A stretch of DNA of 64,000 nt, taken from positions 1-64,000 of the forward strand of contig JAEOTM010000069.1 in assembly GCA_016839815.1 (NCBI GenBank), given 5' to 3'. This document shows, in pieces, positions 1 to 10,512 of this stretch (position 1 is the first letter of the stretch; each line of letters starts with the position of its first letter). The notes under the pieces are model-generated. The model saw only the letters and a program-made list of their open reading frames with translations. It ran no database searches and was not told where the DNA came from. The stretch comes from Candidatus Hodarchaeota archaeon. Its GTDB lineage: Archaea > Asgardarchaeota > Heimdallarchaeia > Hodarchaeales > Hodarchaeaceae. Position numbers and translations under genes: made by a program.

Positions 1-1
1 C

Positions 2-1813
2 TCACTATACGAAGAACTACTTCCTGGAAATTATGAGAAAAGTTATGCGAATCCACAATATTCTGTAAAAGTCTTTGGGGATAAATATGGACAATTAATC
101 TCGTGGTTTTATACACTTTACAGGCGTTATATCACTTATGCCTTTTATCATAAACAATTCAAAATGGAAGAGTATAATCAGTTCTTCATTGATGTTTATA
201 ATTATGTCAAGAATAATCAGATTGACTATGACACCCTTAAGGAAAAAATAACAAGTGTTGCGAAAAAAGATAGGACTAAAGAGGTATATTACCAGTATAA
301 AGAGCAGTATGATCCTGAATTTAAATATTATACATCAATAATAATGAATGACGATTTAAATGACCCTAGGTACCTATTCAAACTTGGAACTTACATTACT
401 GATAATGAAATACAAGCAAGTAGATTCATTGCCCAATATCCATCTGATAAATTAAATTCATTAGCTGAACAGATCGTTAAAGCCTACTATAATGGTTTTT
501 TACGAGATAACAAAGAAGAATTTCTTAAACAAAAATCAACAATCGGCTTCTTACCAACCGTTGGATTAGAAAAACTGTATAGAAAGATGATCACCTATTT
601 TGATCAGTCTGAAGATAGGTTAAAAACAAGTTTTCTAGGTTATAGGTCAACGAGGGCAAATGAACAATATGATTATGATCATAAATTTGATATTGCACTA
701 TTTCTAGATGAGGATTATAAGGATAAGAGATTAAAAGACTATCAAGAAGGAATTAGTAAAAATGAGGATGTTTTGAATGAATATTCTGGTATCATGTACA
801 TTGAAAAGTTCGGAGATCCTCAATTTAGTCCAGAATCCAAAGAAGAAAATTTAAAACTTACACCAGATCAACAAAAAATCTATCAAGGATTAAATGGGGA
901 AATTATTCAAATAATCAATGAATTTATGCCAAGATCTGAAACTTCGTTTTGTATAGTAGGATTTCCTACACCGAAAATCGGAAAAGACTATGAAGCAATT
1001 TTTGAGGAAACTATCAAAATAAATATGCTTGATTCCACAAAATATGAAAGGATCCAGAGTAAGATCATCGATGTTCTTGATCAGGCTTCCTATGTTCACG
1101 TTAAAGGGAAAGGTGATAATAAAACTAACCTCAAACTTACTATGCAACCTCTAAAAGATCCCTCTATTCAAACCAATTATATGAATTCAGGCGCTTCAGT
1201 CAACATTCCTTGTGGAGAAGTGTTTACAGCTCCACAGCTAGAAGGGACTACTGGAATTCTACATGTTTTTGAAACCTATCAATCAGGATTGCGATTTGAT
1301 AATTTAGTATTAAATTTTGTCGATGGCTACACAACTGATTATACTTGTACTAATTTTGATTCTGAAGAAGAAAATAAGAAGTATATTAAAGAAAATCTAC
1401 TCTTTCCTCACGAGAAATTGCCAATTGGAGAATTTGCTATTGGGACCAATACAATTGCATATATGATGGCAAGAAAGTATAATATAATGAAATTATTACC
1501 CATTCTCATTCTTGAGAAAACTGGACCACACTTTGCGATCGGGGATACTTGTTTTTCCCGAAGAGAAGATGGGGACGTTTTCAATCCCATCAGTAAGAAA
1601 AGTGTATGCTCTAAGGATAATGAAAAATCGATTTTCAGAACAACTGATCCCATGAAAGCATACACCAACAAGCATGAGGATGTTGTTCTTCCTTTTGATG
1701 ATATAGAATTTATCACTGCAATTACAAAAGATGGAGAAAAAATCGATGTAATTAGAAATGGTAGGTTTGCTATTTCAGGAACAGAAGAATTAAATGATCC
1801 ATTGGATAATTAA
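2..1813 (+). CDS. Leucyl aminopeptidase / thermophilic metalloprotease (M29-like), 5'-truncated by the window edge
   Basis: The frame is open from base 2 (SLYEELLPGNYEKSYANPQY...) into the 164..1813 ORF. M29-type C-terminal motifs: NIPCGEVFTAP, IGEFAIGTN, EKTGPHFAIGD, H-x-D. Confidence 0.85.
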   Translation, partial: SLYEELLPGNYEKSYANPQYSVKVFGDKYGQLISWFYTLYRRYITYAFYHKQFKMEEYNQFFIDVYNYVKNNQIDYDTLKEKITSVAKKDRTKEVYYQYKEQYDPEFKYYTSIIMNDDLNDPRYLFKLGTYITDNEIQASRFIAQYPSDKLNSLAEQIVKAYYNGFLRDNKEEFLKQKSTIGFLPTVGLEKLYRKMITYFDQSEDRLKTSFLGYRSTRANEQYDYDHKFDIALFLDEDYKDKRLKDYQEGISKNEDVLNEYSGIMYIEKFGDPQFSPESKEENLKLTPDQQKIYQGLNGEIIQIINEFMPRSETSFCIVGFPTPKIGKDYEAIFEETIKINMLDSTKYERIQSKIIDVLDQASYVHVKGKGDNKTNLKLTMQPLKDPSIQTNYMNSGASVNIPCGEVFTAPQLEGTTGILHVFETYQSGLRFDNLVLNFVDGYTTDYTCTNFDSEEENKKYIKENLLFPHEKLPIGEFAIGTNTIAYMMARKYNIMKLLPILILEKTGPHFAIGDTCFSRREDGDVFNPISKKSVCSKDNEKSIFRTTDPMKAYTNKHEDVVLPFDDIEFITAITKDGEKIDVIRNGRFAISGTEELNDPLDN

Positions 1814-1897
1814 TTCTATAACTCTATTTGTCTCCTAAGATCTAACTCCTTTTCCCTTTTTCTGTTTCTTAGTTCCTTCTAGTACAAATTCTTGAAA

Positions 1898-3604
1898 TTA
1901 AGTTATAGTCTCAAAGATTGGAATGGAAATTGAAATTGAATAATTCAGGTAATCCTCAGGAAAACTAGTAATTACCATTTCACCCGCGTTTTTCTGAATG
2001 ATCGCGGTAGCCACAATTAGATTGATTCGTGCAGGACTAGTAGATGTCGCAACAAGTTCTGATTTATCAATTCTAGCATAGTTTTCCATTAAATTCACTT
2101 TAATATCTTCACTTCTAAATTGAAATTTGTACTTCTGGAATTTTTTGATTTTATCAGTATCTAGACCGATTTCTATCATTTTAGAGTCAGGTGGACACAT
2201 TTCGATTATTGTTTCAAGGATCAGTTCAAATGCGGTACCAAGTGTCCCGTCAGATTTCACACTATGTATCGAGGATAAATCGGGAAATTTTATTTCAAAA
2301 TCGGGATGTAAGTCTTGTTTCTTTTGGAATAGATTTTTTATGAATGAAGCGAAGTCTTGATCTATCTCAGAAAACCGAGAGACACTATCAATAGAGAGAA
2401 GATTGTGAGCACCATAGATAAGATTCTTGAGCCGCACATTCTGGTCTTTGGCCATTTTAATAATCTCCCAATTTTTCGAATCAAGTAGATCTTCTTTCCT
2501 TATTGAATCCAAGGCAAAACTTAGAGTTTGTGACACATTAGCGATGTCGTGCGTTAAGATATCTAAAAGAAAATCTTTTCTTTGTTTTAAATACTGAATT
2601 TCGTCGGAATCAAGCATTAATATTCCAATTCGAAGTGGTTGATGAGTCTCCTCCCCTAATGGATAAAAAATGAATTGTGTATTCTGATATTTTCTAGTCC
2701 GATAATTAAAAATGCGCTCTTCTATTTGAGTAACTCTGACATCTGTTTTCACTCGTCCAAACGTTTGAAATACTCCAGTATCAGTATCCCAGACTTCGCC
2801 TAGTCTTAGATGTGATTTTCTCATTAGATCTTCTGGTAAATACTGACGAGCTGTCAAATTGAGGTATTCTACTCTTTCATCTTTCACATTTACAATTAAT
2901 ATTCCTGAATCAACAAGCGTAGCAAAGTGGAAGAACGGAAGAGCTCTAAATCCAATCAATGTTATCAAAATAACCAGTGAACCAATGATAGGAACCATAA
3001 GCTGAAGAGGAGGAGATTTAATTATCCAATAAAACAGACTATCTCCCATGGCAATTAGAAAAAAACCAGAAAATAGCCCTGCTTGATACCAACGGAACAC
3101 TGTTCGCTTCTGAACGATTACTGGAATCACACGGAATAATGCCAATACAACTAATAGAATGATGAATACTGCAATTAAAATTGCTACAGAATAATTAATA
3201 TCGTTCCTAACAGGAGTAGCACTCAGATCAGACGGTAAGAGCATACTTAAAGGAATTAGAATCCCTATCAAAAGGATCACAGTTGCACCGTGTAGTATTC
3301 TGTTAAAATTCCCCCATAAAGTATCCGTAGGAAGATGAAAAGCATTTTTTATCCAGATAGCGATACAAAGTAGTAGGAGAGCTAAATCTAACGCGACTAG
3401 GCGATTAAGTATATCATTCTGGATATCAAATGCCACCATAAGGATCCAAATATATCTAAGGGACCATAAGAGAAGTGCAGGTATTGAATAACGAATTTCA
3501 TCATAATTTCGATATTTTCTAGTATAGTAGAGATAGAAGGCTATGGCTAGTGGAAGGAGAATATTTAGAATCAGAAGAAGAAATTTATAGGGATCTACTT
3601 CCAT
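1898..3604 (-). CDS. Membrane sensor, histidine-kinase-like (multi-TM + PAS-like + HisKA + degenerate HATPase)
   Basis: About 7 hydrophobic segments at the N-terminus and an H-box LTHDIANVSQ. The ATP-binding N/G boxes are not canonical. Confidence 0.7.
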   Translation of the reverse strand: MEVDPYKFLLLILNILLPLAIAFYLYYTRKYRNYDEIRYSIPALLLWSLRYIWILMVAFDIQNDILNRLVALDLALLLLCIAIWIKNAFHLPTDTLWGNFNRILHGATVILLIGILIPLSMLLPSDLSATPVRNDINYSVAILIAVFIILLVVLALFRVIPVIVQKRTVFRWYQAGLFSGFFLIAMGDSLFYWIIKSPPLQLMVPIIGSLVILITLIGFRALPFFHFATLVDSGILIVNVKDERVEYLNLTARQYLPEDLMRKSHLRLGEVWDTDTGVFQTFGRVKTDVRVTQIEERIFNYRTRKYQNTQFIFYPLGEETHQPLRIGILMLDSDEIQYLKQRKDFLLDILTHDIANVSQTLSFALDSIRKEDLLDSKNWEIIKMAKDQNVRLKNLIYGAHNLLSIDSVSRFSEIDQDFASFIKNLFQKKQDLHPDFEIKFPDLSSIHSVKSDGTLGTAFELILETIIEMCPPDSKMIEIGLDTDKIKKFQKYKFQFRSEDIKVNLMENYARIDKSELVATSTSPARINLIVATAIIQKNAGEMVITSFPEDYLNYSISISIPIFETIT

Positions 3605-3715
3605 GTAACAATTCTCATGTCAATTGCTAAAAAAGGTTGTTAAATCAGTTGGATAATACTTGAACTAGTAAGGAGAAAAGGACATAATCCAAGTAAAACT
3701 TCGTGAAATCAAATT

Positions 3716-4471
3716 TTGCTAAATGAGTGGTTAAATAAATTGAAAATAATTAAATTCTTTGAACACCATTATAATTTAAAATCAGCTAAGGTTTTAGAAG
3801 CCTATCAAGGATACTTAGTGGCAGGTAAAGTAAAAAAAACTCCCAGATGCTTTTGGATAAATAAACAAAACATCGAAGGATTAACCGAAATTACTAAGAT
3901 TTTAGCGATTGAAACTGCCTTCCAGGGGATTTTATCTTTGATTCCAGGAGGGTCATTTGCTTATCGACTCATTAAGGATCAAATCGGTTATCCCCCGCGT
4001 TTTAACATTATTTTTGAGCCTGATTTATATGAGATCAAGTATAATTATATTTCTTTAGACAAAGAAGGACAGCCTCAGAATATTATTGATACCGTAACCC
4101 AACGTGTGGATGATGCGGCTAAACTCGCCGTAAAAGCGGGTGAAAAACTACAGGATACAGTCCTTGACATACTCAAGCGGAAAAAGAGTACAGATGAAGT
4201 TAGAGAAGAACCCTCAGATGATCCGATCCTTGGATTTACCTATATTCGCTTCTATGACAGAACGAGTCTAATTCGAAATAAGATCGTGAAAAAGAGGATT
4301 CGAGAAACTGAATCACGATCAGGGAAAATTACGAAACAGATGGTTTCTGAACTCGCTCCTTCGATTATTGTCAGTTTTAAAACCACTGCTAATGAAGAAG
4401 CAGTTGATTTTCTTAAACATCTACAATCCCTTGGATTTAAAGTGCATTTTTCAAAAGAAGTGCAAAATTAA
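3716..4471 (+). CDS. Hypothetical protein
   Basis: 251-aa ORF with coding-like composition; no recognised family; start uncertain (TTG). Confidence 0.6.
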   Translation: MLNEWLNKLKIIKFFEHHYNLKSAKVLEAYQGYLVAGKVKKTPRCFWINKQNIEGLTEITKILAIETAFQGILSLIPGGSFAYRLIKDQIGYPPRFNIIFEPDLYEIKYNYISLDKEGQPQNIIDTVTQRVDDAAKLAVKAGEKLQDTVLDILKRKKSTDEVREEPSDDPILGFTYIRFYDRTSLIRNKIVKKRIRETESRSGKITKQMVSELAPSIIVSFKTTANEEAVDFLKHLQSLGFKVHFSKEVQN

Positions 4472-4479
4472 TGAAAAAC

Positions 4480-6039
4480 TCAGTCGTTGATTTTGTATAT
4501 CACATCTAAATAGGTACCATCACGGTATTCGACAAGTGTTGTAATTTCAGATGAAAGATTAGGTGTTATTGGAGACGCTTGACTATGAGATTCTTCTTTT
4601 AGGTCTTCAATCGATCTTAGGGGAAGTTTGGCTTTGCATAATCGTTTTTCGATTTTTGATCGTTTTGGTGTGGAATGAGGATTTAATGCAATTCCTCCAT
4701 CGGTGATAATTAGGTCAATACTATCTCCAGGAGTACTGACAGTAGTTACAGAGTCGAGAATCGACGGAACTTTTCGTGCAAGAGGAACAACGATCATACT
4801 CACCTTAGCTCGAGCAGCATCTTGATGACCACCGATCCCGGAGTTTAAAAGACCATTACTAAAAGTATTAACATTTACATTAAAATTTACATCAACCTCA
4901 GTTGCACCAAGAACCGTAAAATCTGTATTTAAGGCAATACACCCTTTATTAAAAGGGTTGTACGCAGCATCAATAGAAACTTCAATATGATTCTCATTCC
5001 TCTGCAAAGATTCAATGGCTCCTAGATCGAAAGATTGAGCATCATATATTGCAGTGAATAAGCCCTCTTCAAGCATTTTCACAGAATTAGTTGCAATTCC
5101 TCCAAATATATACCCTCCTTGGATCTTTTTATCTGCCATCAATTCTTTCAAATACTGAGATGCTGCTAAGGACATCCCTCCTGCTCCTGCTTGCCAGTTT
5201 AATCCAGTCGTTAAATACCCTGAATGCTCCATTACTTGAACAACGGTCTCTGCGATCCCTAAACGTTGGGGTGATGGCTTTCTACCTAAGCTTCCAGAAG
5301 CAATTTTTTGAGGATCACCAATTTTGTCGACTTCTAGTACATAATCCACGCGGCTGGAAGGGATGCTTGGATGTACCAAGGGTTTATCCACAACTGTATC
5401 CGTTACACCAACCACGGTATTTGCATATAATGAATCTGTTTCTAAGGGATATCCTAAGCTACCAAACGCACTTTTACCTTGAGTTCCTGTTAAATTTCCA
5501 ATGTAATCACACATAGAAGCAGCAATGAACGCAACATCGACTGATAAGCTACCCTCCTGAACAGCACGAGTCCTTCCTCCATGTGAACGAAGAATAGTGG
5601 GAATATTGACTTCTCCGCGAGATATTGCGTTTCCTAAGGGGCCATTTATACTACCCTCAATTCTGCCAATAACTCCCGATTGGATATGTTCAATTAACGG
5701 AGTGTGTACAGGAAATAATGCGGTTGTAGCCAGTGTGATATTCTTAATTCCATAAGCAGCAAGACCATCAACGATAGGGAGGACGACATTATCGCCATCT
5801 CTCAAGGAATGATGAAAGGAAATTGACATCCCATTACGTAATGGTAAAACTTCTAACAGTCCGTCAAGAGTATCGAAAAATCGTTTTGTTTTCCGTGAAA
5901 CAAATGTTGACTGATAGGGAGGTCCTACTCGTTTACCCGTTATAGTACTACCATGAATTCCCTTATAGGGTCTTAATACTCTATTAAACACTTTTTCAGG
6001 AAATCTTCTTCCTAAAATATTTGTAACATGTGTAGTCAT
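4480..6039 (-). CDS. citF: Citrate lyase alpha subunit (citrate CoA/ACP-transferase)
   Basis: Motifs MSISFHHSLRDGD, LRSHGGR, QAGAGG, LGATEVDVNFNVNV, GIGGHQD, VEYRDGT. Confidence 0.92.
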   Translation of the reverse strand: MTTHVTNILGRRFPEKVFNRVLRPYKGIHGSTITGKRVGPPYQSTFVSRKTKRFFDTLDGLLEVLPLRNGMSISFHHSLRDGDNVVLPIVDGLAAYGIKNITLATTALFPVHTPLIEHIQSGVIGRIEGSINGPLGNAISRGEVNIPTILRSHGGRTRAVQEGSLSVDVAFIAASMCDYIGNLTGTQGKSAFGSLGYPLETDSLYANTVVGVTDTVVDKPLVHPSIPSSRVDYVLEVDKIGDPQKIASGSLGRKPSPQRLGIAETVVQVMEHSGYLTTGLNWQAGAGGMSLAASQYLKELMADKKIQGGYIFGGIATNSVKMLEEGLFTAIYDAQSFDLGAIESLQRNENHIEVSIDAAYNPFNKGCIALNTDFTVLGATEVDVNFNVNVNTFSNGLLNSGIGGHQDAARAKVSMIVVPLARKVPSILDSVTTVSTPGDSIDLIITDGGIALNPHSTPKRSKIEKRLCKAKLPLRSIEDLKEESHSQASPITPNLSSEITTLVEYRDGTYLDVIYKIND

Positions 6040-6277
6040 TATAGGAGCTCCGTTTAATGGATCACTACAATTAGGAAACGGTAGTAAAATCTATTGCAAA
6101 AAGGGTTTTCTTCGAGCCAGTATGGGCATCTTTCATGTGGTATCTTTTGAGAGCTCGCTAGAGGATGAAAAAATTAAACTAGTTCCTATTTGCATTCTAT
6201 TTACTTCTAAGTCTTTGATGTCAGTTAGGTCAGAAATATTAATAGAATCTGTAAACCCTACAAAGAAGTAGTGGGAA

Positions 6278-7045
6278 ATGATTATGTGGGAAACAAAAAT
6301 CACGAAAGTCTCTCCAAATGAACTGTTAATTCGAGGATATCCTCTTGATGAACTTATTGGCACCATATCTTACGCAGCAGGAATATTTCTAGCTCTTAAA
6401 GGGGATCTACCAACATCACAAGAAGAAAAAGTTATTAACTCCATCTTAGTTGCGACTATGGATCATGGGGTAACTGCACCTAGTGCTGTAACGGCTAGAA
6501 CTGTTGCTTCATGTGGAGTACCTATTACCACGGCTATGGGAGCTGGAATACTTGCTGTTGGGGATTATCATGGTGGAGCAGGGGAAGAATGCATCAAATT
6601 TCTGAAAAAATCATTTAAATTACAAGAAAAGGGTCAATCACTATCAGAATTAGCAACAAAAATAGTAACGGAAGCAAAAACGAGAAAACAACGAATACCA
6701 GGGTTTGGGCACAGGTTTCATAGCGATGATCCTCGTACTAAAAAACTACTTCTGGTTGCTGAAGAAGCAGAAATTAGCGGAAAATTCGTAGAATTAGCAA
6801 AACTGATTGCTATAGAGTTAACAACCCAGTTAAAAAGGCCTTTACCTCTCAATGTTGATGGTGCAATAGGGGCGTTATTAGCAGACATGGGATTCGATGC
6901 TCAGCTCGGGAAAGCCTTCTTCGCAATCTCGCGGATTACTGGGTTAACAGCTCATATTCTGGAAGAATATTCTCAACGTCCTGTTAGGACAATTATCCCA
7001 TCAGAAGCGAAATACACAGGTGAGGAAAAACGGCCAGTGCCATGA
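6278..7045 (+). CDS. Citryl-CoA lyase (short citrate-synthase family)
   Basis: W-x-T-x-I start, IRGYPLDELIG, DHGVTAPS, HGGAGE, RIPGFGHRFH..DPR, LNVDGAIG; 255 aa is typical of Ccl. Confidence 0.85.
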   Translation: MIMWETKITKVSPNELLIRGYPLDELIGTISYAAGIFLALKGDLPTSQEEKVINSILVATMDHGVTAPSAVTARTVASCGVPITTAMGAGILAVGDYHGGAGEECIKFLKKSFKLQEKGQSLSELATKIVTEAKTRKQRIPGFGHRFHSDDPRTKKLLLVAEEAEISGKFVELAKLIAIELTTQLKRPLPLNVDGAIGALLADMGFDAQLGKAFFAISRITGLTAHILEEYSQRPVRTIIPSEAKYTGEEKRPVP

Positions 7046-7050
7046 AATCC

Positions 7051-8034
7051 TCATAGAATCTGCCTTTTAACATCATCTTGTTCCTTCAAATGTTCTTGTT
7101 TCCAATAGGGATCCCTAATGAATAAGTATGCCCCATGAGCCGCTAATGCTCCCTGAGCCGCTGCTACAGCAGCTAGCTGATATGGGGTGACAATATCCCC
7201 AGCCGCAAAGATCCCCTCAACATTCGTACGCATGAGATCATCCACAGTAATGAATTTTCCAGAGAAATTCAAACCTAGATTTTCAAATATTTCCGTATTG
7301 GGTTTTAATCCAACTGCAAGTATGACACAGTCAACTTCCAAGTCGAATTTCTTATGAGTATCAACATTTTCAAGAATTACCCCTTCTACACGTTGCTTAC
7401 CAGTAATCTCCAAGATATTAGTCTTAAGTAAGACTTCAGCTAATTTCTCATCATTTACTTTCGCAAGATTCATCTCAGAGGCGCGGAATGCATCCCGTCT
7501 GTGTGCAAGATAGACTTTATCAGCGACACTCGCGAGATCTAAAACCGCATCAATCGCTGTATCGCCACCACCGACTACAAGAACACGTTTATCATAAAAA
7601 ACCGCGGGTTCAATGACATAGGGATAAACACCGCGATTCTTTTTTGAGAATTTAGCCTCACCAGGAATTCCTAATTCGTTAGGTTTCATTCCTGTTGCAA
7701 TAATAATGGCTTTCGCTTGAAATTTTGATCCTTCAGCAGATTCAAGTGTTAGATCTTTAAAAATTTTTGTGATCCGATCCTTTACTAAGTGTACACCATG
7801 ATCAGCTGCTTGTCGAACCCATTCTGATACTAAATGATCTGCTCGAATACTTGGGGTTCCTGGATAATTATAGATCTTCTTTTGAGGGTAAATTGTAGAT
7901 AGTAACCCACCCCAAGTTCCCCCTTCGAATACAGCTGCTCGTAATCCTTTTCCAGATGCAACAATTCCAGCTGATAACCCTGCAGGACCTCCTCCTACAA
8001 TAATTACATCAAAATGCATAGTTCGATCTGACAT
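7051..8034 (-). CDS. TrxR-fold FAD/NAD(P) oxidoreductase lacking CxxC (ferredoxin-NADP reductase-like)
   Basis: GGGPAG, GGGDTA, HRRDAFRA, GIFAAGD are present; the redox CxxC is replaced by VYPYV. Confidence 0.8.
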   Translation of the reverse strand: MSDRTMHFDVIIVGGGPAGLSAGIVASGKGLRAAVFEGGTWGGLLSTIYPQKKIYNYPGTPSIRADHLVSEWVRQAADHGVHLVKDRITKIFKDLTLESAEGSKFQAKAIIIATGMKPNELGIPGEAKFSKKNRGVYPYVIEPAVFYDKRVLVVGGGDTAIDAVLDLASVADKVYLAHRRDAFRASEMNLAKVNDEKLAEVLLKTNILEITGKQRVEGVILENVDTHKKFDLEVDCVILAVGLKPNTEIFENLGLNFSGKFITVDDLMRTNVEGIFAAGDIVTPYQLAAVAAAQGALAAHGAYLFIRDPYWKQEHLKEQDDVKRQIL

Positions 8035-8240
8035 TTCAAAATTCCCCGAACAATAATTCTCAATTTCGATTTTAGTTCTAATTTTTAAAACTACATTGTT
8101 GTGTTAGTAGTAAAGATACTCTTTTGCCTATGATAGACGAAAAAATCAATGTACATACACACTAATTAGGTTTGAGAACTAGGATCAAAATGAAGAAAAA
8201 GGAGGGAAAATAGTCCTTTTCAGTAGTAGTTTGAGATAAT

Positions 8241-10109
8241 CTATTTTTCAAGTAATTGCTTCATAAAATCGGTAGTCCGAGTAATCATAGTATTGGGATC
8301 TTTTAAATTTCCTTCAGCCAACTCTTGGTTTTCAAGTAATTGAAAACTACACTTTTTTAATAACAAAGATTCTGGATCAGTTTCAAATAGTTTTTTCAAT
8401 CCTATGATAATTGGATGTGAAGAATTTAACTCCATTATCTTAGCCATCGGAATATAATCTTCCGTCATATATTTCATCATCCGTGTATATGCAGCAGCAC
8501 CTTGTCCAAGCAAACGACACGGACTATCTGTTAATGCATCGGTAAAACGGACATCAATGACACGGTCACCTAAAATCTCTTTTACTCGGACAACGAAGGG
8601 ATCTTTATCTTTCTCCTCTTCTTTTTCTTCAGTCTCCTCTGTGTCATCATCGGACTCTTTGGGAGGTTCAGGTTCAGCTTGATCAATAGCTTTGAAAGCT
8701 TTTTCGCTGAAGGTAGTTACATGCATCATTAAGAACGTATCAATAGGTTCATCAAAAAGTATTATTTCTTGATCAAGTTTCTTGTAATGTTCTAGATGGG
8801 GACTTTGTTTCAGTGATTGAAGGTTTTCACCTAGAAGATAGAGTATCTCTTCTTGATCCTCTGGCATCCCATCAACATACTTTGCAAGGGTTATCGGTTT
8901 ATCTTCAGATTTTGATGTTTTTACTCTAATAAGCTCAAGTAGTTTTTGACGCCGTTTTTGATCATTTGCTATACCTTCTTTCAAGAATACAGAGAACTGC
9001 TTATACCATTCGAGAAATTTTTCTTCATATTCATCTGCGAAATTACTTAGCTCATCGATAATTTTCTTCGTTATCGACTTGGAAATACGACGTATTGTCC
9101 GATCTACCTGGATTACTTCCCTGCTGACATTTAAGGGAAGATCTTCAGAATCAACCACTCCAAACACAAAACGGAGATATTCAGGTAATAAATCCTTTGC
9201 TTTCTCTTGAATGAGGATTTTTTTACTGTATAATTTTAGCCCATAATCCTGAAATTGGACAGAGGTCATGGAACGATCTCGTCGGCTAGGTAAAAATAGT
9301 AACGCTTTAAATTGAATTGGGACATCAACGTTCATTCGAATGCGATGAAAGGGTTCTGTGAAATCCATGGATACTTGTCTGTAAAAATCATTGTATTCCT
9401 CATCCTTGACCTCATCCTCTGCTTGATGCCAGATAGGTGTCTGTCTATTAATTGGGTTTTCCTCCTCACCGATTCGGATGGGAAAGCCTACGAAATCACT
9501 GTATTTCTTGATAATAGTTTCTAACTTGTATTTATTCAAAAATTCCTTGGCATCTTCCTTTAGGGTCAGAATAATCTCAGTTCCGCGAGAAGATTTATCT
9601 GCGTAAGAAACTGAAAATTTACCCGTTCCCTCAGATTTCCATTCAATTCCTTTAGAATCAGCTGTAAAAGACCGTGATCGGACAGTTACGTTAGAGGCGA
9701 CAATAAAGGATGAATAGAATCCAACTCCAAATTGACCGATTAAATTTGCTACATCGGATGTATCATCAAGTTCTTTTAGAAATTCAAGTGTTCCACTCTG
9801 CGCAATGGTACCAAGATTCTGTACAGTCTCCTCATACGTCATACCGACCCCGGTGTCGGTTACCGTAATGGTATTTTCATCTTCATCAAAAGAAATATGA
9901 ATAGCTAATTCTACATCTGGATCCAGCATGTTTTCCTTTTGTTCAAGCTGCACTATCCGAAATCGATGTAAAGCATCAGCAGCATTTGAAATTAATTCAC
10001 GTAAAAAGATTTCACGATTTTTATAAAGCCTATTAATTAATATGTCAAGAACTTTTTGAATTTCAGCTTGGAAATCGAAAGTTTTGCTCTCTTCACTCAT
10101 ATAGTACAC
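8241..10109 (-). CDS. htpG: Molecular chaperone HtpG (Hsp90)
   Basis: FQAEI, NREIFLRELISNAADAL, DTGVGMT, NLGTIAQSGT, IGQFGVGFYS, DLPLNVSRE. Confidence 0.96.
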   Translation of the reverse strand: MYYMSEESKTFDFQAEIQKVLDILINRLYKNREIFLRELISNAADALHRFRIVQLEQKENMLDPDVELAIHISFDEDENTITVTDTGVGMTYEETVQNLGTIAQSGTLEFLKELDDTSDVANLIGQFGVGFYSSFIVASNVTVRSRSFTADSKGIEWKSEGTGKFSVSYADKSSRGTEIILTLKEDAKEFLNKYKLETIIKKYSDFVGFPIRIGEEENPINRQTPIWHQAEDEVKDEEYNDFYRQVSMDFTEPFHRIRMNVDVPIQFKALLFLPSRRDRSMTSVQFQDYGLKLYSKKILIQEKAKDLLPEYLRFVFGVVDSEDLPLNVSREVIQVDRTIRRISKSITKKIIDELSNFADEYEEKFLEWYKQFSVFLKEGIANDQKRRQKLLELIRVKTSKSEDKPITLAKYVDGMPEDQEEILYLLGENLQSLKQSPHLEHYKKLDQEIILFDEPIDTFLMMHVTTFSEKAFKAIDQAEPEPPKESDDDTEETEEKEEEKDKDPFVVRVKEILGDRVIDVRFTDALTDSPCRLLGQGAAAYTRMMKYMTEDYIPMAKIMELNSSHPIIIGLKKLFETDPESLLLKKCSFQLLENQELAEGNLKDPNTMITRTTDFMKQLLEK

Positions 10110-10326
10110 AATCCTCTGGAATATACCCCATAAAATGAAATTTGACCTTGGAAAACTATTATTGGAATAAAAATTAATCCTTTATGGATTCTTCTTAGAA
10201 TAAGACAATTTAAAAGGGGGCGATAGGCTTTGGACTTTGTACTTACTCGAGAAAAATACTACATAATTCTGCGAAAAAAAGGAATTTAGTAATAACTCGG
10301 GTGTAACACGTAAAGAGATGAAGATT

Positions 10327-10461
10327 ATGGCTAAGTTCGAGTGCATGATATGCGGTTATGTTTATGATGAAGACGCAGAGGGAGTGAAATTCGAAGATCT
10401 CCCTGATGACTGGGTATGCCCAGAATGTGGAGCACCTAAAGAAGATTTTGAAGAAATCTAA
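10327..10461 (+). CDS. Rubredoxin (not in ORF track)
   Basis: Translates [44 protein letters not shown], with two CxxCG knuckles. Alternative in-frame ATG at 10318. Confidence 0.95.
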   Translation: MAKFECMICGYVYDEDAEGVKFEDLPDDWVCPECGAPKEDFEEI

Positions 10462-10469
10462 GCTTCACC

Positions 10470-10498
10470 CATTCTCTTTTTTTCTTTTTTTCGTTTTC
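10470..10498 (+). terminator. Oligo-T archaeal terminator-like tract after rubredoxin
   Basis: ttctctttttttctttttttcgtttt directly follows the stop codon. Confidence 0.5.
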
Positions 10499-10512
10499 CA
10501 CCTGTTAACAAG

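Noticed and set aside
6270-6293. Short direct repeat gtgggaaa at the citryl-CoA lyase start
   Set aside because: Only 8 bp, and one copy is coding; likely chance.
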